Source: Azolla caroliniana (taxonomy: Eukaryota; Plantae; Polypodiophyta). From it: a stretch of DNA of 64,000 nt. The notes beneath the pieces were generated by a model. It made no database searches. It saw only the letters and a program-made list of their open reading frames with translations, and had not been told where the DNA came from. The DNA lies in the NCBI GenBank assembly GCA_043228905.1, contig JBHGNT010000005.1:9672001-9736000 (forward strand), given 5' to 3'. How positions within the stretch are numbered: position 1 is the stretch's first letter; each line of letters begins with the position of its first letter. The position numbers and the translations under genes are program-made. Below, piece after piece: positions 36,412-47,642 of this stretch.

Positions 36412-38135
36412 ATGTGCTGAGTATGCTCTTCAAATTCCGGATGGTCGACTGTAAGTCCGTCTCGACTCCTCTAGATAGAACCGTCAAGCTTCGCCTCGAT
36501 TCCGGAGAGGTATGCGATCCGACGAGGTTCCGACAGATAGTCTGAAGCCTTATATACTTGACCATCACCCGACCAGATCTCAGCTACTCGGTCGAGGTGA
36601 TTAGTCAATTTATGGCGCGATCTACCGAGGAGCACCTTCAGTGTGTGCAACGCGTACTGAGGTACGTAAGCGGCACTAAGGACTGGGGGCTACTATATCG
36701 GTCCGATACAACCCCGTAGTTGGTCGGCTACACCGATGCCGACTGGGCCGGCAATGTCGCCGATCGCTGATCGTCGATCCAAGTCCGGTTTCGCGTTCTC
36801 TCTTGGGAGTGCCGCGATCGCGTGGAGTAGCAAGAAGCAGTCAACAATTGCGTTGTCAAGCACCGAAGCCGAGTATAGAGGGGCGGCTGTCGCGACATGC
36901 GAAGCCATATGGTTGAAGCGGCTACTTAAGGATCTGTTGGTGGAGGTATCCGATCCAACAACAATTTACTGCGACAACCTCAGCAACATCCAGCTAGCAA
37001 AGAACCCCGTCTTCCACGCCTGAACTAAGCACATTCAGGTGCACTACCATTTTGTTCGCGAGCGTGTACTCTCCGGTGAAGTCAAACTTCCGTATGTTCC
37101 GACGAATCGTTAGACCGCCGACATCTTCACCAAGACTCTTGGTCTAGACAAGTTGCGGCAATTCTCGGGTGCGCATGGGATGCGTCACCTCAACGTGCTG
37201 AACTTGAGGGCGACAAACTTCCTGAAAGACCACGAAAGGGGGAGAGAAGTTCCGGAAGACCGGGACGCCGAGTCGGATGACGATTTCGATTTCGGATCGG
37301 CTAAAGAAGCGGAGGGCGGATCTATGGAAATTTCCAAAAGCGGACATAAGGGGAGCAGTCGAAAGAAAGAGTCGAAGCCAACAAAGCGTGGGGGAGACGA
37401 AGCCATCAAGGGCGAGAAGACCGAAGACGAGTCAGAGATAGCCAACTCGGACGAGAGCGAAAACTGATCGGAGGAAGCTGAGTCAGTTCGGATGCTTGAT
37501 TCGGATACGCCGAATCAACTGAGGGCCAAGCGGAAGAGAAGGCAACAGAAGAAGCGCCAACATCGTCATAGCAACGGAGCTAAGGAGGGCCGAACGAGCA
37601 AACACGCCGACCAGAAGCTTCAAAGCACGCGGAATTGAACGGGTCGAGGAGCGCAAGCGAGGCGTGAAGCCAGAAGGAACTGGACCATAGATCCGGAAGA
37701 ACGGACGGAACCTCAAGTTGAGTTGGAGGGGGAGTGTTGAGAGACAAGCTCAACATTCGGTCCGTAATCTGGTGCGTAACCCAGTGCGTAAATTGGGTGC
37801 GTAAAACCGTGCGCACAATAGGCCGTAGCGGTGCGTAAACCGCGAGGCCGTTGGAAAGATATTCCGCGTAGGAATATATTTTGGGAGTTAGTGTAGAGCT
37901 CAGTTATGAGCATTGAAGTACATGTCAGTACTTATGTCAGTCCGTATGGACTTGTATAAAAGTGCTCACTAAGCACATCCTATGTACAGATTGAGTATTA
38001 TTTTTTAATTGAATTTCTTTGTGTCTTCTCTCTCTCTCTCTCTCTCTCCCGCGTACTGTGTATATTCAAGCTCTCAATTAAACCTGTGTTTCTGTGTTCG
38101 GTTTTCTATTGCTTCCGCACGCTATTCTTTTTACA
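36412..38135 (+). mobile_element. 3' end of a Copia (family of element B): RT/RH, acidic extension, PPT, 3' LTR 37735-38135; bottom layer of the nest
   Basis: VLSMLFKF, ITRPDLSY, YTDADWAG, STEAEYR, KNPVFHA; PPT TTGGAGGGGGAG; LTR TGTTGA...TTTACA. Confidence 0.92.
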
Positions 38136-40293
38136 GCAATGCTTTCAAGAGTACAGCAGTCTACTTCGATGTGACGAAACCAATGGACTAAGCCTCCATT
38201 TTAGCCAACTAAAAAGTTTCCACGAGATTAGGCTAAAAAACAAATGTTGAAGAGAAACTCCCAACCACTGAGATCCTGTCATATGCGAAGATGCTCCCCA
38301 AAGAGGTGAATGTTTCATTGTTGCAACAAATCCTCACACTCAAAAGTTAAAATCTCTTGTCATGTGGTGTACAAAGCAGTTGAGAACCTTGAGGCACATA
38401 GCTACAGTTTTGACAAAAGTACTATCTAAGGACATAGAACTTACCCTTGAAGAGTTGTTGAAACCGAAGCATCAGCCACATCATGATGTTATGAAGGGTC
38501 GCAAAAGGAGAGCTCTGGACTAGGTATGGGGAACTCGTGCTAACCAATCCCCTACGTACCAAAGTTATTAAAGAATAACATGACAAATGGAGCAAGATTG
38601 ATACCTTCATTGCACATTTTGAAAGCGAGGACATGAGCTTTGCACATCTCGTGTTCGTAAACAACATCCCAATATCGGTTACCATAGATATAGGTCCCAG
38701 GGCTAGCATCATAAGCTTTGACTATTTGTGAAGGTAGGGTAGGTGAAAATGTCCCCTGTGACATCAAGCTATGAATAGCTTAGAACGGGTTGATACAACA
38801 ACCCGAAAGCATGGTACCCGCCCATAAATTCTCAATGTATGGTGTCGAATTCTTCCTCACCCTTGTTGTTATAAGGCATATGAATGTCTATTAGGAAGGA
38901 AGACTTTTTGTTTGTATAAGCAGGTTGGTCATGGACTTTGGCAAGTGACCATCTTCGTGCAAAAGAGTAACAAGATCTATAGAATCTATACATCTCTAGC
39001 TTGAACAAGAAGGTAAGCCGCAACCCTTTGATGGACGCCCACTCGTCCATATCAAGAGGTATAGAAGTATGTATGTGCATAGTAGAGTGGTATGTATGTG
39101 TGTATGTATATGTATATAAAATTTTATAGGTGGGGACGGAATGGAGAGAGGTAAGGGGGAATGGGTGGGTGGGTAAAAACGTGGTGTTGTTTTGTCGAAG
39201 GCGTTGTGTGCTGCAAGCGACGCCGCGCGGCCTGCAGCAGCTCCTCCTTCCTTTGTCTCCTTCTTCTTCTTCTTCTTCTTCTTCTTCCCTGCATGCACAA
39301 GTCGTGGAGTTCTAATGGTGCGAGCCAGGCCTGCACCCCATATCAATCAATATGTAGCATATGTTCACATTCATTCATTCCACCACTCTTTTAGATTCGG
39401 TCTAGCCCGCCCGTGTGAAGACGAAGCTTCCTCCTAATATGTCGTTTGTTCAGATCCACACACCATGGGATTTTCCTATTGCCTCATCAGCTTGACTAAA
39501 GGGGCAAACAACTGCACGTTACCATATGTATATTGTTCGAGACTAAATGGATTCTAAATATAGACATGGTATCAAAGTCAACAACATAAAGTATCTTTTT
39601 AACGACATTGACTATGCATTCTCGAGCAATATTTCAACACTTCTGGAAAATGATTTCAACAGTTCTGGAAAAACTTGGTGCTAATTAACAGCTTGTGTAG
39701 TCACGATCTTTTGTTGGAAATTGTTAGTGCAATGATATACTCTACCATATGAATGTCTTTAAGGATTATGTGAATGATTTAGTGGTGTACGGAATATGGC
39801 TTTGTAAGGAAAAATGTACTACTTCAGACTTATCTATGAAATATACACTATTACTTGCAATAACAATTTCTAATAGATATGAAATGAAAGTCAGCGTTTT
39901 AACACCGCATTATTATTCTTTCCAGCATTTCAGTCTACTGTATTAAAGTCCTAATTAAAGTAAACCCAAATTTAACTTCCCTAATGACTCCCTAATGTAT
40001 GCTTTTGCATTGCGTTATGTTGTGGTAACATTTAAATACTCAAGAACTTGTACAAGTGGAAAATACCAGCCAGATTCAGTGGGTTGTGATATTAGATTAT
40101 GGTGTCGAGCCAATAACTAATTTACAAATAGTTTCAAACAATTCCAACTACGAATCCAAGTAGATGCATCAAACGTGTCCAATTGATTAACATATCCACA
40201 GAGGTTAGTTTTAATTTGAGTCAGTTTTGTTGTAATAAACTAATTTAGCGATGTTCTACGATTCTTGTTGGCGGGAATCGCCAAGGAGTGCAA

Positions 40294-40301
40294 GAATATC
40301 C
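40294..40301 (+). promoter_or_regulatory. P1BS (PHR1-binding) motif GAATATCC upstream of PHT1
   Basis: Matches GNATATNC, 566 bp before the PHT1 ATG; a short motif, supported mainly by context. Confidence 0.5.
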
Positions 40302-40526
40302 ACAAAGAACATTCTCTGTATTTTAAAAGCTTGGCTTTGTAATAGGTTGACTTTGTTAGAAGTTGACTTTGTTAGACACATTGATTGATCTTGTGATTCT
40401 ATAAATACATGTGGGATCTTATGGTTTCTACTCAACATACCCAAGGTTCCCCTCTTCTCCCATTTCTCCAACCTGATCAACATTTTTAATTCAACTTGTA
40501 AGTTTTATTTCTTTGCCTTTCAATTG

Positions 40527-40561
<35 letters not shown>

Positions 40562-40725
40562 GTTACCTTAATAGCGTACATTTTCTGGTCTCATAGATCA
40601 TACTTGACCTCCAATAACGATATTAAAATCTATCTATCAATTTAGCCATCTATCTCAACAGCGTGCTTCTTCATACATAATGTCCATTCTGAACATGTCA
40701 AATATGTACTATGTACTGAGTAGCG

Positions 40726-40770
<45 letters not shown>

Positions 40771-40859
40771 CAGGTTGTCAATGTGTTCATGCTGCGTTCC
40801 TCATGATGATCATGTTTTGATAATAATAGTATTCATTTCAGGTTTACACAACTCTCGAA

Positions 40860-42437
40860 ATGGCGTTGGAGGTTTTGACGGCATTGGACAAGGCGAAGAC
40901 GCAATGGTACCACTTCACTGCCATAGTGATTGCCGGAATGGGTTTTTTCACCGATGCTTACGATCTCTTCTGCATCTCCACCGTGACTAAGCTCCTAGGC
41001 CGCATCTACTACTTCAATCCTGACAGTGCTAAACCAGGAACCTTGCCCCCAAATGTCTCTGCAGCCGTCAATGGTGTCGCCCTATGTGGCACGCTCGCTG
41101 GCCAACTCTTCTTTGGTTGGCTGGGCGACAAATTGGGGCGCAAGAAGGTGTACGGTGTTACACTCCTCCTCATGATCGTATGCTCTATCGCATCTGCGCT
41201 CTCCTTCGGCCATACTGCCAAGTCTGTGATGACCACGCTCTGTTTCTTCCGCTTTTGGCTGGGCTTTGGGATCGGTGGCGATTATCCGCTGTCCGCGGCC
41301 ATCATGGCGGAGTATGCAAACAAGCGCACACGTGGCGCTTTCATCGCCGCAGTGTTCGCGATGCAGGGCACCGGGATCCTCGCGGGGGCCACAGTCTCCA
41401 TCATTGTCTCCTCTGCCTTCAATAATGCTGACCCACGCCCACCCTACAGTGTAGACCGTGTGGGCTCAACGCCAAAGCAAGCCGATTTCGTGTGGCGGCT
41501 GGTGTTCATGTTGGGTGCCATACCAGCATTGCTGACGTACTACTGGCGGCTGAAGATGCCGGAGACTGCTCGTTATACGGCACTGGTGGAAGGGAATGCA
41601 AAGCGAGCGGCTCAAGACATGACCAAAGTCCTGGCGGTGGAGCTTCATGCGGAGCAAGAGAAGGTGGACAAAATCCGGTCTGACCAAAGCCAGACGTACG
41701 GGCTGTTCTCGGCAGAGTTCGCTCGGCGGCATGGGCTGCATCTGTTGGGAACAACAAGCACCTGGTTCCTGCTGGACATCGCCTTTTACAGCCAGAACCT
41801 GTTCCAGAAGGACGTGTTGACGGCCATCGAGTGGCTGCCAAAGGCCGCGACCATGAGCGCGCTGGAGGAGGTGTTCAAGATCAGCAAAGCGCAGGCGCTC
41901 ATCGCGCTTTGCTCCACGGTACCCGGCTACTGGTTCACCGTCGCCTTCATTGACATACTGGGGAGATTCAAAATCCAGCTCATGGGCTTCTTCATGATGA
42001 CAGCCTTCATGCTGGGCTTGGCCATTCCCTACGACACACTCAAGGAGAAGAACCATCGCATCACGTTCGTGGTGCTGTACGCCTTCACATTCTTCTTTGC
42101 AAACTTCGGTCCCAACAGCACCACCTTCATTGTTCCTGCGGAGGTGTTCCCGGCGCGGCTGCGATCGACATGCCACGGTATTTCGGCTGCGGCCGGCAAG
42201 GCGGGGGCCATTATCGGCGCATTTGGCTTCCTTTATGCCGCACAAAGCAAGATTCCTGGTCAGCAAGATGCCGGATATCCCAATGGTGTTGGCGTCCGCA
42301 CGTCCCTACTCATTCTGGGCGGCATCAATGCTCTAGGATTTTTCTTCACGTTCCTCGTGCCAGAGACGAATGGTCGATCGCTCGAGGATATCACTGGGGA
42401 GAATGAAGTAGATGGGGACGACAAACTTGCTGTCTGA
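40860..42437 (+). CDS. PHT1: High-affinity inorganic phosphate:H+ symporter (PHT1 family, MFS), 525 aa, single coding exon
   Basis: [29 protein letters not shown]; [11 protein letters not shown]; [22 protein letters not shown]; [21 protein letters not shown]; [31 protein letters not shown]; probable 5'-UTR intron acceptor TTTCAG ending 40841. Confidence 0.97.
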   Translation: MALEVLTALDKAKTQWYHFTAIVIAGMGFFTDAYDLFCISTVTKLLGRIYYFNPDSAKPGTLPPNVSAAVNGVALCGTLAGQLFFGWLGDKLGRKKVYGVTLLLMIVCSIASALSFGHTAKSVMTTLCFFRFWLGFGIGGDYPLSAAIMAEYANKRTRGAFIAAVFAMQGTGILAGATVSIIVSSAFNNADPRPPYSVDRVGSTPKQADFVWRLVFMLGAIPALLTYYWRLKMPETARYTALVEGNAKRAAQDMTKVLAVELHAEQEKVDKIRSDQSQTYGLFSAEFARRHGLHLLGTTSTWFLLDIAFYSQNLFQKDVLTAIEWLPKAATMSALEEVFKISKAQALIALCSTVPGYWFTVAFIDILGRFKIQLMGFFMMTAFMLGLAIPYDTLKEKNHRITFVVLYAFTFFFANFGPNSTTFIVPAEVFPARLRSTCHGISAAAGKAGAIIGAFGFLYAAQSKIPGQQDAGYPNGVGVRTSLLILGGINALGFFFTFLVPETNGRSLEDITGENEVDGDDKLAV

Positions 42438-42849
42438 AAAAGGAGTGCTCCCAGTACATATATGATTTATAATTTCACTTCCCTCTCAGTAAATAAATAC
42501 ATAATGTACTCTCCTTTACAAATTGAGCCAGCAGCATGATTATTAATATTCCTATTGCTATTATTATTATTATTATTGGTGTTTCTTATATCATGGCTCC
42601 ATTGTGTTAAACTACTATTCACAATTTAATGTCAAAGTGTGGATCATTGGTGCGAGGAATTGTTTAATGTCATGAAACTATGAGCGGCACACAACTTGAG
42701 GGGGTGGTATTATGCACTTCATAATATCAAATGCTCTTATAATACATATCGCTAGATCTTCTTCTATTCATATATCTGCAAAAAAGGGTCAAGGGAAGTG
42801 ATACTCACGAAAGGAGATGGATGTCAACATTTAGAGAAAAAATTGAGGA

Positions 42850-43686
42850 TTATTGCCTTGGTAATGGCGTCTCATGGACACTGCCATTGCCATGTGACTT
42901 GTGTCTGTTTGACCATTTAGTTTCTTTCTTCATAGTTCGTCTTGCTTGATTTTTCGCAATCGAGGTTTGGAGATTGAGACCCTTCTCGTTCCTATGGATG
43001 CTCACAAATGTGATCCATGATTCTGGCAAGGAACCCATTAGTATTTTACATTTTGATGTTTCATCAATAATGTTACCTCTTGAGATTGCAACATCTAGTT
43101 ATCTTTCTACCAATTGCTTATGACGGTGTCCGTTGGTTCTCCTTCACGCATCTCCATGTTCATTAGGGTTCAGTAGGAGAAGATTTTGGTCGTACACCGT
43201 CGGAGGGTTGGTGTAATTGTTGAAGATGATCCCACATTGTTCGTGCGGATCCAAGACTTCGAACATGATCAACTTGTCAATCACTTAGATGCATAATTAT
43301 CTCCATTCTTGCATCTAGATCTCTACTTTTCCGATCGCTCAAATCAGGTTCTGTTGATGGAATGACTTCAGAACCATTTACAATTCCTAAATTAAGATTT
43401 GTTCTTTCGAGAATTAACTCCATTCTCGTTGTCCACATTCTATAATTGTGGTCTGTGAGTTGCTCCACCACATACTTTCTTGCCATTTGGTTTGTTGATG
43501 CAACATTGATTGGATTTCCAACAAATTCTGATTGGTTTTCCGTATCGGTGGTCGACGACATCTTGTATAGATTTCCCGGATCAATCTAACGTGATGTATG
43601 CCGCTTATTTAGTCACGTATTACTTATATAATGTGATGTATGTCGCTCTGATACCATGTGAGAAATTAAAGAGAGAGAGAAAAGAA

Positions 43687-43717
<31 letters not shown>

Positions 43718-43790
43718 CAAAATTTTGCATTGTATATTAATCAAGTATCGAGATACATATCGTTTGTTATGTATATGAGAGGTTACAAAA
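42850..43790 (-). mobile_element. Old Copia remnant (gag fragment, iMet PBS 43645-43656, truncated LTR from 43657)
   Basis: QLTDHNYRMWTTRMELIL, DLDARMEIIMHLSD, LMGSLPESWITFV; GCTCTGATACCA|TG junction. Confidence 0.8.
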
Positions 43791-43799
43791 GGTACACCT

Positions 43800-46700
43800 C
43801 TTCAACCGCTCCATCGCACCTGCCTCTACATCAACGCACACGACCAAGGATGTCGCCGTTCTTGCGACTTCCTCTGTAGGCGTACACGCAGGTCTACCTC
43901 ACACCTCAACTCTTCAATTCGCCTCTCATCATGCTTCCTTACCTTCCTTTCCTCACGCTCCCTTACTTTCCTCTCCCCACGAATCCTTGCCTTCATCAGT
44001 TGCGGCTACTGGAACAACCGCCACATGTATGGCTGATTTGACAGCATGCAGACTGTTAGGGAAATAAGACCACGGTGTTGCCTGCATATTCGCTTGTTAC
44101 TCTAGCACCAAGTGGACAGGCAATTCCAGCCGCTAAGGTTGTTGCGTCAAGGTCACCGGAGGGGTCATCTACTGCAAGAAAGTCTAGGATTGGAAGAGAC
44201 AACAAACAATCAGATGTGGCAAAAACTTTGCTTAATGGGGTTGTTTGATGAACATTGATGTAGGTTCAAGAGAGGAACAATCACCACAAGGTCGTGATCA
44301 GCTTTATCGAGGCTCCAGTGTAGCTAACCCAAATGCAACTCCTATTTCGGACAATGCTATTATTGGAACAAGATAGGATTGATATCTTGCGAGAGATTCA
44401 AGTGATGGAAAGGCAGACGATCATTGCACGTGTGTTGGGGATTCGTATGTCGCATGTTGATCTACGTTTATTGCTACAGTTTATTGCTACACGTTGCTTT
44501 GAAACAGGATGTTCATAATATTGTGGATGTCGAGATGTTAGGAAGGAATTATTATCAACTCGAGTTTGAATAAGATCGAATGGTACCATTTCTGTTAGAA
44601 AGGAAAGTTATCATTGTTAAGGGAGGATGGGTTTCTTTTCACAAATGGATCCACAATTTCTCGGCAAACCAAGTACACCATGACTTTGACTCTCTTTTTA
44701 CATGTATGGTGGTTCTCCCGAACTTGCGTAAAGAATGGATAACTTCTGTCGCTTTAATTGTTGTTATGATTGGTACGGTACAAGAGGTATATGATAAGCC
44801 ACGAAAAGAAGGTGACAAAATGTTAGGTGCAATGTCGGCTAAGATTCTCGTTTCTAAGGCTAAGGTATTGCCGTCTCACGTTCTGTTGCCCAATTTGTTG
44901 GACTCAACACAGTCTCCATATTCTCAGAAAACCATGTACCGAGGTCTGCCCAGTCAATGTTTTCGGTGTTTCGGGTTTGGCCATTTGGCCAAACATTGTC
45001 CTAAGATCAATAATGCCTCTCATATAGTGGAGTCCTCTACGGCCATTATTCCATACAAGGCCTCATCTGAGGGATGGACTATAGTAGGGAATAGGAAAAC
45101 ATCTCTACCAACTAAAACTCAACAAGTACAACATAATAACCTTAAGGAATTCCCCCCCATTTAGAACAAATATATAACACTTCAGGTAGATGATGAGGTT
45201 CCTCAAGTGCCACTTACTACAGGTTCATTGATCTCGTCAAAGACTGATACATGTCCCCCAATGACAACAATGCCTTCTAAGTCATCTTCTCGGTTGATAG
45301 AGGGTCAACCATCTATCAAAATTATACAGAGATCTCAGTTGAGTTTTCTTGTTAAAACAATCTCGTCAAATAAAATGAAATAGAAGAAAGATGACATGGA
45401 GATTGAAATAGCTCAGCAAGGAAAGCTAGAGCTACAAGGGCAGCAGAAGATGGTGGTTATCACTATCCAATGATTGGAGGAAGTTGCACCTATACCTACA
45501 ACTAATAATAACAAAGAAAAAGCTCTTTATGAGAAAAATGAAACAATGAAGTAGAATTATTGTTATTGATAGAGAAAGAGGCCAATGGTTTCAAGTTTGG
45601 ATCCTCGAAGGATATGGCAGCAGGCGAGGTGTTGGATAAGGTTGTCAAAGAGCGTAAGGTTCATAAGTATGCATGGAAGGACTTGCTAACAAAGCGACAA
45701 GTCCGCGCTCGAGAGGGCGCTAAGAAGAGTCGTCAGGATGTTCTCCTTGAGAAATGGACATCTTCAAATCATATGTAGTATGGACAAGTTAAATATCCTT
45801 TCCTGGAACGTCAAGTCCTAGGGGGTTAGGCCTTTCTTAGATTTAAAGGACTTACACGTGCAGATCTAGATACAACTAATTTTGGTACTACTGATATTCT
45901 TTTTTTGCAAGAGCATCGCTTGTCTGTTGATAGGCTACGGAGTTATGGTTCCATCCTGCCAAGGAAATGGATACAAGTTGGTTCAAATAGTAGACAAGTT
46001 GGTTTATGTATGGCTATTAAAGAACAATGGGCATCCATCATAGGCTCAACAGGTACTATTTTGAATAAAAGGGCGCAGTTCCTTATTCTTCAAATAGGAC
46101 CTCAAAAGACTGGTATTATAAATCTATATGCTTCTAACTTAGCCTCAGAAAGAGCTTCCTCTTGGATTTCTCTTTCTGAATACGCCGGATTAGCGGATTC
46201 TTGGATTGTGGGTGGTGACTTTAACATGATTGAAGAAGCATTTGATAGGAGGGGAGGCTCAATCAATACAATTATAGACTGAGAAGCTAGAGCTTGGGAC
46301 TCCTTTTGTTTCTCTTTTGGTTTATTAGACCTATGGAATATTCACTCCATTTCTCGAATGCAAGGCTCTCTTAATTTTTCCCGGTCAAATAGTAGTGTGG
46401 TTGCAACTAATTTGGCACGATTGGATAGGTTCTATGCTAGTGACTTTTTTTGGGAAGCTTCTAGATGTATGGGGATTATTTCCGGGACGGTAACTTCTGA
46501 TCATTATCCATTGAAGTTAAACATTTTATTCACCAGAAGATCCTATATTAAGCAATTTTGTATCCCAACCTCATTGCTTGCTAATGAAAAACTCATAGAG
46601 TTTCTATAGCTCAAATATGGTCTAAATATGCCTTTCTGCTCAAAGATATCACTCATGTCATCCTTGATGTCAAGAGTTTCTTCATAAATATAGTTGCCTT

Positions 46701-47642
46701 TTCAGTTGATTGATGCAGTGAACAGATTGCTAATTTGTGTCGAGCATTGGCTACAACAGAAAACTTATTGGAAAAATACCTAACATCACCTATGCTGCTC
46801 TCGGATTTACAACAAGTAAACAGAAATTTAAAAGAAAAGCAACATGTGAGAGGCTTATATTTCTACCAGCGTAATACAACTTCTTGGTCACAAAAGCAGG
46901 ATAGGGTTAACAGAGAGTTCTTTAGTGAATTTAAACAGAAGTATAAAACACTATCTATTAAAACCCTAAAACGTCTTGATGGTTCTTATACAACGGATGA
47001 TTCTGAGATGCAGGACATAACTACGACATATTACCATCAATTGTTATCTGCTAAATCCTTCTTAGAGGAAGATCTTAATAAGAGACAGCTTGTACTAGAA
47101 ACAGTACAACAAAAGGGCACTCATGTAATGGCTTCCCAGTTGCTTCAACAATTTATAGACACTGAAGTCTGGACAACGGCTAAATCCTTGGGTAAATATG
47201 TGTGTCCTGGAAAGGATGCCATAGAGTGGTATTCTATTTGCATAACTGGGAAGTGTTGGGGCCTATTCTTACTAGAGCACTTAATTTATTTTTCTCAATA
47301 GGGAATATGCCCGATGAATGGACGGAAGGAATCATATACATGATTCCGTAATAAGATGCTCAATGTAATAAAATCTCAAAATGGCGTCCAATAACTTTGC
47401 TTAACGACATCTATAAAATAGTAGCAAAGACTATAGCCAATAGAATGTGACCGTTGCTTCCCTCGATTATTATACATAATACACAATCAGGATTCCTTCA
47501 AGACAGAAGCATCTTTGACAATATCTTCCTTTTTTGGGAGATGATTGCATTGGCTCAACATCACAAACAATCCCTTGCTATACTATTATTAGATTTTGAG
47601 AAAGCATATGATAAAGTAGACTGGGACATTCTGGAAGCAATT
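43800..47642 (+). mobile_element. Degenerate L1-type LINE (ORF1 with Zn knuckle; ORF2 endonuclease and RT N-part), cut at 47642 by a Copia LTR
   Basis: CFRCFGFGHLAKHC; ILSWNV, LQEH, GGDFN, RLDRFY, SDHYPL; KWRPITLLN, QSGFLQDRSIFDNI, LDFEKAYDKVDW; many stops; 5' boundary approximate. Confidence 0.9.

Noticed and set aside
41466-42266. 266-aa antisense ORF over PHT1 (and similar antisense ORFs at 19995-20729 and 31466-32356)
   Set aside because: Shadow frames of GC-rich or repetitive sense ORFs, with no recognisable motifs.
42690-42850. TTGAGGGGG PPT-like motif after PHT1
   Set aside because: No recognisable LTR or upstream pol could be tied to it.
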